The notes under the pieces: model-generated
What the model was told of the DNA's origin: nothing
Databases searched by the model: none
What the model saw: only the letters and a program-made list of their open reading frames with translations
Part shown: positions 18,495-28,476 of the stretch, one piece after another
How positions within the stretch are numbered: position 1 is the stretch's first letter
Layout of the letters: every line of letters begins with the position of its first letter
Program-made: the position numbers and the translations under genes
From: Candidatus Iainarchaeum sp.
GTDB taxonomy: Archaea; Iainarchaeota; Iainarchaeia; Iainarchaeales; GCA-2688035
Assembly: GCA_017610205.1 (NCBI GenBank)
Contig: JAFCCL010000002.1
Span: forward strand, 71,481 to 135,480
Length of the DNA: 64,000 bases
Direction: 5' to 3'

Positions 18495-19286
18495 TTATTT
18501 TTTTCTTTTGAATTTTGCTAGCAACCTGCTTAAAAACCCTTGCTTCTTTGGACCTGCAAGGAACTCCTTTGTTTTTACTCCTGCAACCTTTGCTGCAATT
18601 TTTCTTATTTCAATGGCGGCAGGCGTTGTTGGTTTTCTTATTATTACAGGCTGTACGTTTTGCTGCATAAAGCTTCTTCTTACCTCAATGTCAAATGGAA
18701 TTGTGCCATATACAGGCAATTCAAGCATTTTCATTATGTCCTCGTTTTTTATTTCTCCTTTTTCACCCATGCTAAAATTTACAACTATTGCAGACGGATT
18801 TGAACCAAGCCTTTGTGCAACAATTTTTGTTTTGAGAACGTCAGCAATGCTTGGAGAAGTAGGCATTGTTATGAGCAAAATTTCGTCTGCTGATGCAAGT
18901 GCAGACATAACATTTTTTTCAATTCCAGGAGGGGCATCCAGTAAAATAAAATCGTATTTTGGCGCAACCTGTCTTACAACAGATTCAAGTCGTTCTGTGT
19001 CAACCCTTTTGTAGGATTCAAGGCTTAAGCCACTTGGAATAACATTTATTCCGGCAGGACCTTCGTAGACTGCGTCTTCGATTTCGCTTTCGCCTATAAG
19101 AACATCGTGTAATGTTATTGGCGAGGACTGCATTCCAAGCAATAGGGAAAGATTTGCCATTGCAATGTCTGCGTCAATTAAGAGAACCTTGAGGTTTTTT
19201 TGCGCAAGTGCAATTCCAAGGTTGGCTGTTAGTGTTGTTTTTCCAACCCCTCCTTTGCCTGAAGCAATTGTTATTATTTTTCCCAA
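18495..19286 (-). CDS. minD: MinD/ParA-family ATPase
   Basis: GKGGVGKTT deviant Walker A, and LLIDAD. Confidence 0.85.
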   Translation of the reverse strand: MGKIITIASGKGGVGKTTLTANLGIALAQKNLKVLLIDADIAMANLSLLLGMQSSPITLHDVLIGESEIEDAVYEGPAGINVIPSGLSLESYKRVDTERLESVVRQVAPKYDFILLDAPPGIEKNVMSALASADEILLITMPTSPSIADVLKTKIVAQRLGSNPSAIVVNFSMGEKGEIKNEDIMKMLELPVYGTIPFDIEVRRSFMQQNVQPVIIRKPTTPAAIEIRKIAAKVAGVKTKEFLAGPKKQGFLSRLLAKFKRKK

Positions 19287-19339
19287 ATTAAACGCCTTTG
19301 TGTTATTATAATATATTCTTTGTTAAAAAATGTTGCTTT

Positions 19340-19801
19340 TCAAGAAATGTGCCTTTTTTTCAGTTCAAACTCTATTTCGCGTGCTATGGCCTTAAGTTCC
19401 ACTGTTGAAAGGCAACTGTTTGCTTTTACAATATAAATGCTTTTCCCAAACGGCATTAGCATTACCCAATCCTTTTCTGTGCGCATTGTAACAAGGTCAG
19501 CGGTTGCAAAATTTTTGGTTGCAAAATTCATAAGATTTGAGGCATTTTTGCTTTCAGCCTGTCCATTTCCACTGCTGCTAAATACAACGTCATTTTTAAG
19601 ACGCGTTACAGTAATGCTGTTTACAAGGTGTTTTCGTTTTAAGCATGATAAAAGCTCTTTGGGTTCGGTTCCCCTTATTTGAACGCTTTCGTTTGCCAGT
19701 ACATCCTGAATCAGTGCAAACTGTTGCTCTGGCAAAGCAGTATGGTCAAAGTCAAGAACTTTTGCGGCAAATTTAGTAAAAAAATAACTCAAACTAGACA
19801 T
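19340..19801 (-). CDS. Hypothetical protein (possibly roadblock/LC7-like)
   Basis: 153 aa with no clear motif. Sits immediately upstream of minD. Confidence 0.35.
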   Translation of the reverse strand: MSSLSYFFTKFAAKVLDFDHTALPEQQFALIQDVLANESVQIRGTEPKELLSCLKRKHLVNSITVTRLKNDVVFSSSGNGQAESKNASNLMNFATKNFATADLVTMRTEKDWVMLMPFGKSIYIVKANSCLSTVELKAIAREIEFELKKRHIS

Positions 19802-19933
19802 ATTTTTACAGTTCCTAATAGATTGACACCAGCGAAATCAATTAAAAAGTTTATATTGAAATAAAACCATTTAAAAACAATCAATTACCCCTCTTTTCAA
19901 TCAATTACTCCTCTTTTTTTAGAAATTTACAGT

Positions 19934-20422
19934 TTAAATTGAACCAAGACCCAATTTTTTCAGAAGATTGTGCCTTGAAGCACTTGACTCAAGCTCCAAT
20001 TCAAGAATTTTTGAAACAAGATTTTCTTGATAGGAAGTGGGTTCAAGCTTTGAAAGCAACTGTTTTTCAACAGGCTTTGAAAGTGTAATGCAGTCATTAA
20101 AAGCAATTATTAAATCAATCTGCTGCTTGCTAAGACTGTTTAAATCAAACAATCCTTTCTTTGCCTTAAGCAAATTGAACATAAGGCGCAAAGCAAGCAA
20201 ACCATAAACCTGTTTGTTTAACCTGAGTGAATCAAAAACTGCACCAACTATGTTCTTTTCCTTAATCAAAAGCAACCCTTCCTCCAAACCGGAAATTCCC
20301 TCAATTGTAGCAACAAAATATCCATTAAAATCGGATTCAAGAATCTTTTCAAGCCTCTTAAAAGGCACGATTTCAGAAAAAGACTTATGTTGTTCTACAA
20401 CTGTTCCAACAGGTATGTTCAT
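19934..20422 (-). CDS. Hypothetical protein
   Basis: 162 aa. Start abuts the stop of the NYN gene, implying an operon. Confidence 0.35.
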   Translation of the reverse strand: MNIPVGTVVEQHKSFSEIVPFKRLEKILESDFNGYFVATIEGISGLEEGLLLIKEKNIVGAVFDSLRLNKQVYGLLALRLMFNLLKAKKGLFDLNSLSKQQIDLIIAFNDCITLSKPVEKQLLSKLEPTSYQENLVSKILELELESSASRHNLLKKLGLGSI

Positions 20423-20887
20423 TCATCCACCCAGCACTATTACTACATCGGCAGTGTTTTTTAATGCTGCTGCCGAAGACTCTTCAGCCAAAACAACAAT
20501 TGTTTGCTTGCCATAGCGCTTTGCCTTTATTATCGCAGGCAAAAAATCACTATCCCTTGTAACAAAAGCAATTGAATGAATTGCCTTGTTAAAAACAGCT
20601 TCGGTTGCATCGCTTGCCATTGCAACATCAACATCTCCAACAGTTAACAAGGTTTCAAAACCCTGATTTACAACAGCTTCAACAAGTTTGTTGGAAGCAA
20701 ACTGATTCAAAAAAACGCGGGCAATTTTTAAATTTCCGTGCTTTTCCAAAACCTGCTTTATGGTTTCCAAATCAATTCCAAGTTCCTTGCGCAAAATGTT
20801 TGGGCCGTCAACAAAAACAGCAATGTTTCGCCCCTTCTCTTTCTTAATTACCTTGCCAATCTTTTTCTTTACGTCGTCAAGCACCAA
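20423..20887 (-). CDS. NYN-domain (LabA-like PIN) protein
   Basis: IAVFVDGPNI...FVTRDSDFLP motifs. Confidence 0.65.
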   Translation of the reverse strand: MVLDDVKKKIGKVIKKEKGRNIAVFVDGPNILRKELGIDLETIKQVLEKHGNLKIARVFLNQFASNKLVEAVVNQGFETLLTVGDVDVAMASDATEAVFNKAIHSIAFVTRDSDFLPAIIKAKRYGKQTIVVLAEESSAAALKNTADVVIVLGG

Positions 20888-20965
20888 GGGAAAACACCAA
20901 TATTATATATAATAAAGTAATGACAATAATAAGAAAAAGGTATTTACAGCAGAATTTGTGGTTAA

Positions 20966-21511
20966 ATGAAACTAGATGGAAAAAGAATTTTTTTAAGGCC
21001 ATGGCGAGAAAGCGATGCAGAAGACCTTGTGGCATTGTTAAATGATAAAAGCATTGCAAATTTTACAAGAGTTCCAAACCCATACAAATTAAAGCATGCA
21101 AGGAAAAAGTTAAAGGAATGCAGGGAAAAATGGCGAAAGAAACAGGAAGCTGGTTTTGCAATAATTTCCAAAAAAGAAAAGAAATTGCTTGGAAGCATTG
21201 ACATAATGGACATTGACAAACACAGCAGAAAAGCGCACATTGGCTACCTTCTTGGAAAAGAATTCAGGGGAAAGGGATTTATGCAGGAAGCAATACAGCT
21301 CGTGCTTGGGTTTGCATTCAAAAACCTGAAATTGAACAGGATTAGAATTAGCTGTTTTGTAAAAAACAAGGCAAGCAGAAAAGTCATTGAAAAAACAGGC
21401 GCCAAATTTGAGGGAATTGAAAGAGACGGCATCAAAAGCGGCCTTGGAAAGCTTCATGACGTAAGAGTTTACTCAATTCTTGCAAGAGAGTTCAAGCGAA
21501 AAGATATTTAA
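20966..21511 (+). CDS. GNAT N-acetyltransferase (RimJ/RimL-like)
   Basis: 181 aa. GNAT motif A-like core (EFRGKGFMQEAIQLV); RimJ/RimL-like. Confidence 0.8.
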   Translation: MKLDGKRIFLRPWRESDAEDLVALLNDKSIANFTRVPNPYKLKHARKKLKECREKWRKKQEAGFAIISKKEKKLLGSIDIMDIDKHSRKAHIGYLLGKEFRGKGFMQEAIQLVLGFAFKNLKLNRIRISCFVKNKASRKVIEKTGAKFEGIERDGIKSGLGKLHDVRVYSILAREFKRKDI

Positions 21512-21544
21512 AGTGAAGCGGATTAATTTATTCAGGGTGTTTTT

Positions 21545-21946
21545 TTGGCAGAAGGAGAAAAAAAGTTTACAAACGCAGGTCATTTAAAGCCAGGAAGTTT
21601 TGTTTTAATTGACGGCTTTGCATGCCAGGTAAAAAGCGTTGACAAATCAAAGCCAGGAAAGCACGGCTCAGCAAAAGTAAGAGTTGTTGCATTTGACGTT
21701 TTCTCAGGCCAAAAAAGAGGATTGCTAAAATCAACAGGAATGGATGTTGACGTTCCAATAATGCTGAAAGGAAGCGCACAAGTTGTTGCAGTAATGGGAG
21801 ACACTGTACAAATAATGGACCTTGGGACCTATGAAACCTTTGACGTAAAAAAGCCAGAAAGCATTCAAGGACTTGCTTCAGGCATTGAAGTAGAGTATGT
21901 AAAATGGGGAAGCCAAGTAAAGGTTTTAAGAAAGAAAGGAAGCTAA
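21545..21946 (+). CDS. eif5a: Translation initiation factor 5A (aIF5A), TTG start
   Basis: SKPGKHGSAKVRV hypusination loop. The in-frame start is TTG at 21545. Confidence 0.85.
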   Translation: MAEGEKKFTNAGHLKPGSFVLIDGFACQVKSVDKSKPGKHGSAKVRVVAFDVFSGQKRGLLKSTGMDVDVPIMLKGSAQVVAVMGDTVQIMDLGTYETFDVKKPESIQGLASGIEVEYVKWGSQVKVLRKKGS

Positions 21947-22010
21947 TTCTGCAAAAAAAAAAAAAGCAAAACAAAACATTAAATAAAAAAAAACCTCTAA
22001 TTAACACAAC

Positions 22011-24374
22011 ATGCAACCAAAGCATATTGCAACTGCACTAATTTTCCTAACAATAATTGGAACAGCGCAAGCAGCAACCTACTACTGTGACCCTGTCACC
22101 GGAAACACAACAACAGGCAATGGAAGCGAAAGCAATCCCTGGGGAAGCCTTCAATCAATTGACGAAACAGGATTCTTTGACAATGAAACAATAGTTGGCG
22201 GAGACACAGTAAAGCTTCTATCAGGTTACCATGGAATGTTTGCCCACAGCACCTATGGAGTAACACGCGAAGGACTGATTACTATTGAGGCAGCAGACGG
22301 AGCAATACCACAGCTTAGCAAAATAATAATAAAATATGCAGAAAACTGGAAGTTCAAGGGATTGCATATAAGCCCTGAATTTGCAGGCCCTGTTGAAGAA
22401 GGAACTGGGGCAATAATCTACGGTTATGGAAACTATCACATAATAATTGAGGACTGCAACATTTTCATTGTTAATGATGCATCAGACTGGACTGCATATG
22501 AGTGGAGAGAAATAGCTCAAAATGGAATAGACATTCGCAGCCCAGCTGACTCTACATTTATCAATAACACTATAAGAAATGTGAAATACGGGTTTACCGG
22601 CATTGGAGGAAACAACCTAGTACAAGGCAACCTTGTGGACGGCTTTTCAATTGACGCTCTAACATCCTTAAATGGACCGAACACAATTGTTGAAGACAAC
22701 ATTTTCATCAATTCCTATGATGACGAAGCAACAGGAACACACACCGATGGAATACAGGTCTTTCCAACAAACGACCTTCCAACCGAAAAATATGACAATA
22801 TCACTATCAGAAGAAACTATATAAATGCAAGGACAGATCCAAACAGGGACCCAGACACTTTAGGCGGATTGCAGGGCATCTTCATTGAATCAACCGATTA
22901 TTTTAGCGGAGTGATTGAAGACAATGTTATCCTTGCAACAAACACAGGCCATGGAATAACAGTTCAAAATGCAGGTGGTCCAAAAGGACTTCAAATTTTA
23001 AACAACACGATTTTGTTACCTTATGGGATTACAAACGGTGACAACCACGGACCAGGAATAAGAATTACAGCAGAAGCAGACAACATAACCGTAAAAAACA
23101 ACATTGCCAATAACTTTCCACTGCCGGATGATTACCCCGGGAAAAACTTTGTTGTAGAAAACAACCTTGATGTAAGCGTTTACAGGGACATGGGAGACGA
23201 TGACTATGTAGGTCTTTTTAAGGATTACCCAAACCACGACATGCGACTTCTAATGTCAAGCAAGGCATGCAATGGAAATATTACTAGAGAACCCTATCTT
23301 ACAACAGGAAGCATGGTTGGAGCACTTGACTGCATACTTAACACTTGTTCAAAGGCAGGAGACTGCGATGATGAAAACCCCTGCACAACAGACTCTTGTT
23401 CAGAAGGGCAGTGTCAATACTCTTTCAACAGCGACTCCTGCGATGATGGTATAGAATGTACTACCTCAGACCACTGCAATAATGGAATATGCAGCGATGT
23501 AACTCCTGACAGCAGCATTTGCCTAAGTATCTACCCGGAATGCACAAGCGCAACATGTGATGCGCAACAAGGCTGCATAAACTTTAGCCCGACAGACTGT
23601 AGAATTCCAAATGTTCCCAACGACTTTGCTGCTTATTGGCGTTTTGAATTTGACACAAAGGATATAACCGAAATAAATAATGGAACCTTTATTGGCGGAA
23701 CAGAAACATACGAGCCAGGTATTCTTGGACAGGCAATAAGACTGAATGGAAACGAGCAGTACATTGATGTAGGGGACGGCACAACTAAGATTACAGGACC
23801 AATAACTATTTCTGCTTGGGCTAAGACCGATACAACAAGCACGAGGCAAGCAATTATTGGAAGGGGAAGCTATGACACCTCTCAAGTGCACCACCAGTAC
23901 AACCTTTGGTTTAACCTGCCAAGCGGCTACATTAGGTCTGAAATAAGCAATGGCCTAACAAAATTTAAAGTGAACACTGACCCATACTTTGTCCAAAGCA
24001 ATACCTGGTATCATGCGGTAAGCGTTTGGGATGGCTCAAAGATGCATCTTTATGTGAACGGATTGCTTGTAGATTCGATTGATGCTCCGCTTGCAAACCT
24101 GAATGACAAGACAGACAACACGCTAATAGGAACCAAAGGCGCTTACACCTACTGGTTTGACGGCCTGCTTGACGAGATAATGCTTTACAGCCGTGCTTTA
24201 AGCACGGCAGAAATTGAACAGATTTACGCAAGCCAAAGCAGCAACCCACCAGAACCAGAGTGTGTTGACATGCCAACGCTTTTAGAGCATGTAGAACAAT
24301 GGAAGCAGGGAAATATTGGAATGACTACAATAATGGAAAAGATTGGCAAGTGGAAAAGTGGAGAAGGTTGCTGA
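22011..24374 (+). CDS. Secreted protein: signal peptide + parallel beta-helix repeats + Dicty-CTDC-like Cys-rich repeats + ConA/LamG-like lectin domain
   Basis: N-terminal signal (LIFLTIIGTAQA). Repeated NNTI/xDNxI beta-helix rungs. Repeats of the form CTTDSCSEGQC / CDDGIECTTSDHC. C-terminal WYHAVSVWDGSKMHLYVNG is LamG-like. Confidence 0.6.
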   Translation: MQPKHIATALIFLTIIGTAQAATYYCDPVTGNTTTGNGSESNPWGSLQSIDETGFFDNETIVGGDTVKLLSGYHGMFAHSTYGVTREGLITIEAADGAIPQLSKIIIKYAENWKFKGLHISPEFAGPVEEGTGAIIYGYGNYHIIIEDCNIFIVNDASDWTAYEWREIAQNGIDIRSPADSTFINNTIRNVKYGFTGIGGNNLVQGNLVDGFSIDALTSLNGPNTIVEDNIFINSYDDEATGTHTDGIQVFPTNDLPTEKYDNITIRRNYINARTDPNRDPDTLGGLQGIFIESTDYFSGVIEDNVILATNTGHGITVQNAGGPKGLQILNNTILLPYGITNGDNHGPGIRITAEADNITVKNNIANNFPLPDDYPGKNFVVENNLDVSVYRDMGDDDYVGLFKDYPNHDMRLLMSSKACNGNITREPYLTTGSMVGALDCILNTCSKAGDCDDENPCTTDSCSEGQCQYSFNSDSCDDGIECTTSDHCNNGICSDVTPDSSICLSIYPECTSATCDAQQGCINFSPTDCRIPNVPNDFAAYWRFEFDTKDITEINNGTFIGGTETYEPGILGQAIRLNGNEQYIDVGDGTTKITGPITISAWAKTDTTSTRQAIIGRGSYDTSQVHHQYNLWFNLPSGYIRSEISNGLTKFKVNTDPYFVQSNTWYHAVSVWDGSKMHLYVNGLLVDSIDAPLANLNDKTDNTLIGTKGAYTYWFDGLLDEIMLYSRALSTAEIEQIYASQSSNPPEPECVDMPTLLEHVEQWKQGNIGMTTIMEKIGKWKSGEGC

Positions 24375-24419
24375 AAAGAATTATATAGTTGTTTAAAAAA
24401 ATAGAATGCAAAAAAAAGA

Positions 24420-26189
24420 GTGAAAAATAAAATGAACAAAAAGATTGGCCTAACATTTGTAGCAATTCTGCTATTGACAGCTTGTGTTAGTGCATCAACT
24501 GTTTCAAGAAGCTTCAGTAGCACGGAAATTGAACCAGGCCAAAGCATAACAGTAACACTTACTGCTGACATTACCGGTGGAGAAACCTACTATGCAATAG
24601 ACGAAACACTGCCAAGCGGTTGGACAATATCAAATCCAGGAACTGGAAACAATGACGAAGCAGGACACTTAAAATGGGTTATGATAGAGAGTGCTGTTGA
24701 TACTGCTTATACTTATACTTTGACTGCATCAGGCTCCGGAGAAACAACAAGCTTCAGCGGATTATACATGTTTGAGGGCATGAAAAGCGAAGCATCTGTC
24801 AGCGGCCAAAGTCAGGTAATTGTATCTGAACCAGCCGAATGCACACAGGATTCTGATTGCACTGGCCAAATATGCTGTGGTCAATCATGTGTAGACCTTG
24901 TTTGCAGCATAGATATAGATTGTGACGATAGTGATAGTTCAACAACAGATAATTGCAGTAACCCTGGCACTTGTAGCGCGGCCTGCCCCAATACAAAAAT
25001 CACCGAATGTATTAATGATGACAACTACTGCCCACCAGACTGCAATTCAGAAACAGACAACGACTGCATAGAAAGCTGTGGCAATGAAGTTGTTGACGCA
25101 GGAGAAACCTGCAGCAACTGCCCAGAAGACATAACCTGCAAAACAGGAACAATCTGCTGCAGTGATGAATGCTTTACACCATGTTGTTATTCTGATTCAA
25201 ATTGTTATGATGGAGATGCTTGTACAACAGATTACTGCAACAACAGAGGAACTTGTACTGCAAGCTGCTCAAATTCAACGATTGTTGGATGCAGAAATTC
25301 TGCGCCAAACCCTGGAACAGGAACAAGTTCTGGAGCAACTGGAAACAGGCTAACTGCAAGCATAGAAGGAAGCTGTTTGAACCAGCCAATAACCGCAACA
25401 ATATTAAATCAGGAGGGCAATCCGGCAACAGGTTCGTTTGTTCGCGTAACAAAAAATGGAATAACTGTTGAAACCAGAACAACGCCGGAAACAGGAAAAA
25501 ACTCATTCACGTTCGAAACAGAAGGCGAATACACCTTCTACACAACCAAATCAGGGTACTACGCAGGCACCCAAAAAATTCACATAACACAATGCCAACC
25601 ACCAACAATAAACTTTAAACAAAAAATAGAAACAGGGCAAAACCAAACAATAACACTAACAGCGGGAGACGGCAACACAATAACAGACTTTAACCTATAC
25701 CTTACATACCCAAACAACACAACAGCATTACTAAAAGCACAAGAAGGCACTATTATCCTGCCAACAGAAGAAACAGGAACATACACAGCAACACTCCAAA
25801 CAACAGGATACCAAACAACAATAAGCTACCAAGCCACAAACCCACTACAAATAATCCCAAACATAAACCCCGATGCAAAACCAACAGTCGAAACAGTTTT
25901 TGGGGAAGAAACAGTTGAACAACCAAACTACCTAATCATATGGATACTTGCAATCGCAATAATCAGCGGCTTAATTATTGAAGTCACAAAACTAAAACCA
26001 GGCTGGTTCAGGGTTTTTATGGCAGTAACATACACCGCACTACCACTTGCAGTCAACTATTACAGCAAAAACACCCTTATAGCATTCATAACAATAATCA
26101 TACAAACACTAATCCTAACAGCACTATACTTCAACCAATGGAGAATAAAAAAAGCACTACAAGCAATAAGCAAACTTGAAAATAATTAA
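24420..26189 (+). CDS. Cys-rich surface protein with C-terminal TM anchor
   Basis: Signal peptide. About 60 Cys arranged in DxCTxDxC-type repeats. CarboxypepD_reg-like beta-sandwich. Two or three C-terminal TM helices. Confidence 0.5.
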   Translation: MKNKMNKKIGLTFVAILLLTACVSASTVSRSFSSTEIEPGQSITVTLTADITGGETYYAIDETLPSGWTISNPGTGNNDEAGHLKWVMIESAVDTAYTYTLTASGSGETTSFSGLYMFEGMKSEASVSGQSQVIVSEPAECTQDSDCTGQICCGQSCVDLVCSIDIDCDDSDSSTTDNCSNPGTCSAACPNTKITECINDDNYCPPDCNSETDNDCIESCGNEVVDAGETCSNCPEDITCKTGTICCSDECFTPCCYSDSNCYDGDACTTDYCNNRGTCTASCSNSTIVGCRNSAPNPGTGTSSGATGNRLTASIEGSCLNQPITATILNQEGNPATGSFVRVTKNGITVETRTTPETGKNSFTFETEGEYTFYTTKSGYYAGTQKIHITQCQPPTINFKQKIETGQNQTITLTAGDGNTITDFNLYLTYPNNTTALLKAQEGTIILPTEETGTYTATLQTTGYQTTISYQATNPLQIIPNINPDAKPTVETVFGEETVEQPNYLIIWILAIAIISGLIIEVTKLKPGWFRVFMAVTYTALPLAVNYYSKNTLIAFITIIIQTLILTALYFNQWRIKKALQAISKLENN

Positions 26190-26283
26190 AAAAAATGTTT
26201 GATTAATGCGGCAATTTTTTCCAGACAGTTATCTTTATTAAGCACAAATTCTATTTTATATTCAATTAAAATTTTAACGGAGG

Positions 26284-26703
26284 GTGTTTATGCCAAAAGA
26301 TGCGATAAAAGAAGGAATGAACTTTGCCCTTGGCATTGTCAAGATAAGCGGAGAAAATTTCAACAAAATAATGAAAGGGCTTGAGAAAAAAAACAAGCTC
26401 AGTGCAAATGATGGAAAAAAAATGGTCTACAGGTGGGCTGCTGAACAGCAAAAACAGCTCGTAAAAATGCAGGCAAAAATGAGAGCCATGAAAAAAAATG
26501 CTTTGAAAACAAGACTTTACAGCAGCAAAGACCTGGCCGAAATAAATAAAGTAATAAAAACTCTTTCAACGCAGATTGCAGTACTTGAAAAAAAGAAGAA
26601 GAAGGCCGAAGAAACTTTAAAAAAACAAAAAAAGACGGCTTTGAAAAAAAGAACTGCAAGGAAAAAAAAATCAAAAAAGCGCACTGCAAAAAAGAAAAAA
26701 TAA
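26284..26703 (+). CDS. K-rich coiled-coil small protein
   Basis: 139 aa. C-terminal KKRTARKKKSKKRTAKKKK. SD GGAGGG lies upstream. ATG at 26290 may be the true start. Confidence 0.4.
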   Translation: MFMPKDAIKEGMNFALGIVKISGENFNKIMKGLEKKNKLSANDGKKMVYRWAAEQQKQLVKMQAKMRAMKKNALKTRLYSSKDLAEINKVIKTLSTQIAVLEKKKKKAEETLKKQKKTALKKRTARKKKSKKRTAKKKK

Positions 26704-26721
26704 GTTGAAAAGGTAAGATAA

Positions 26722-28392
26722 ATGCTCAGCTTTCTTGAGACTCCAGGAGACATAAAAAGATTCCTCGAAATAATGAGGGTTTTCCTTAAATATGGGTGGA
26801 AGTCTTCAAAAGAACTAAAGAAAATGAAGGGAAAATTCCCTTTCCTGAACAAACTGGAGAAAACTCAGGAAATCGGAGAAGAAATTTCTGGACCGGTAAA
26901 GCTTAAGAGAATTTTTGAAGAGCTCGGTCCAACTTTTATAAAATTTGGACAGATGCTTAGCACAAGACCTGATCTGATAAAAGAAGAATATATTATTGAA
27001 CTAAAAAAGCTTCAGGACGAGGCACCTGCTTTTTCTTACGAGGAAACTGAGAAAATTATAAAAACAGAATTTGGAAAAAATATTAAAACAATTTTCAAAC
27101 ACTTTGAAAAAGAGCCAGTTGCCGCTGCCTCAATAGGACAGGTATATCTTGCAACTCTGCATAATGGAAGACAGGTTGCTGTTAAAGTGCAAAGACCAAA
27201 CATACTGCACATTATACAGGAAGACCTGCGGATAATGGCATTCATTGCAGAGCTTGTTGAAAAAAATATCAAAGAAACACAGTACTATAATCCGACAAAT
27301 ATTGCAGAAGAATTCGGAGAAACAATAATAAAAGAACTTAATTACAGAAGAGAAGCAACAAACGCAGAACACTTTGGAATAAATTTCAAAAACGACCCCG
27401 ATGTTACAATTCCAAAAGTTTACTGGGATTACACTACACTAAAAGTAATAACACTTGAGCGGGTTAAAGGCAGAAAAATAAGCAAGTTTTTCAACAACAA
27501 GAAAAAAGCTCTTAAAAAATCCATTGCCGACAACTTCATCAACTGCTTTTTTAAACAAATATTTTCTTACGGATTTTTTCAAGCAGATCCGCATCCTGCA
27601 AATGTTTTTGTATACATCCACAAAAACAAGCCAATAATAAGTTTAATTGATTTTGGAATGGTCGGCAGACTAATGGAAGACACAAGAGACAACTTTGCAG
27701 CAATGCTTGTGTTAATGTCTGAAAAAAATGTTAAGGGACTAACAAAACAACTGAAGGCAATGGGACTTATTGACAGGCTTGACGACGAAAAAAAATTCAT
27801 GCTGGATCTTGCAGAAATAATGGATTATTTTTATGATATTAGCTATGAAAAAATTGACTTTACAGGATTTGGCAACGCAATGATAAGAACAATGGTAAAA
27901 CACAAAGTCAAAATTCCACAAGAATACCTTTTGTTCTTAAGGGGAATGAGCGTTGCTCAAAACACGGTTGAAATATTGGACCCATCAGTTGACCTTATGG
28001 CAAAGGCAGAGCCCTACATCAGAAAAATAATGGAAGAAAAAATGAAACCGGGTTATTTGATTAGAACATTTAAAGACAATTACTTTGAATTTGACAGACT
28101 TATAAAAAGATTGCCAGAAAGCCTGATTAACATATTCAAAAAGCTTGAAGAAGAAGACATTAAAGTTTCAATTGAAGCCAAAAACATTGACGACCTCAGC
28201 AAAAGCCTTACAAAAAGCAGCAACACAGTAAGCATAAGCCTTATTGTAGCAGCACTAATTCTTGGCTCTGGCATGTTGCTTTTTACAAACATTACCACCG
28301 CATTAGGAAACACTAGTGAACTTGGAGCGGTTGGTTTTGTAGTAGCAATGGTAATAGGACTGCTTGTTGTAATGAGGGCACTAAGGGCATAA
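26722..28392 (+). CDS. ABC1/UbiB-family atypical kinase
   Basis: AASIGQVYLATL...AVKVQRPN, DFG-like motif, C-terminal TM. Confidence 0.85.
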   Translation: MLSFLETPGDIKRFLEIMRVFLKYGWKSSKELKKMKGKFPFLNKLEKTQEIGEEISGPVKLKRIFEELGPTFIKFGQMLSTRPDLIKEEYIIELKKLQDEAPAFSYEETEKIIKTEFGKNIKTIFKHFEKEPVAAASIGQVYLATLHNGRQVAVKVQRPNILHIIQEDLRIMAFIAELVEKNIKETQYYNPTNIAEEFGETIIKELNYRREATNAEHFGINFKNDPDVTIPKVYWDYTTLKVITLERVKGRKISKFFNNKKKALKKSIADNFINCFFKQIFSYGFFQADPHPANVFVYIHKNKPIISLIDFGMVGRLMEDTRDNFAAMLVLMSEKNVKGLTKQLKAMGLIDRLDDEKKFMLDLAEIMDYFYDISYEKIDFTGFGNAMIRTMVKHKVKIPQEYLLFLRGMSVAQNTVEILDPSVDLMAKAEPYIRKIMEEKMKPGYLIRTFKDNYFEFDRLIKRLPESLINIFKKLEEEDIKVSIEAKNIDDLSKSLTKSSNTVSISLIVAALILGSGMLLFTNITTALGNTSELGAVGFVVAMVIGLLVVMRALRA

Positions 28393-28476
28393 TTTTGGAA
28401 AAAAAAAACTCTAAGTCATAACAACATTAATTTGCAACAGCACTATTCTGCAAAAACATTAATTCACAGCACTGTT

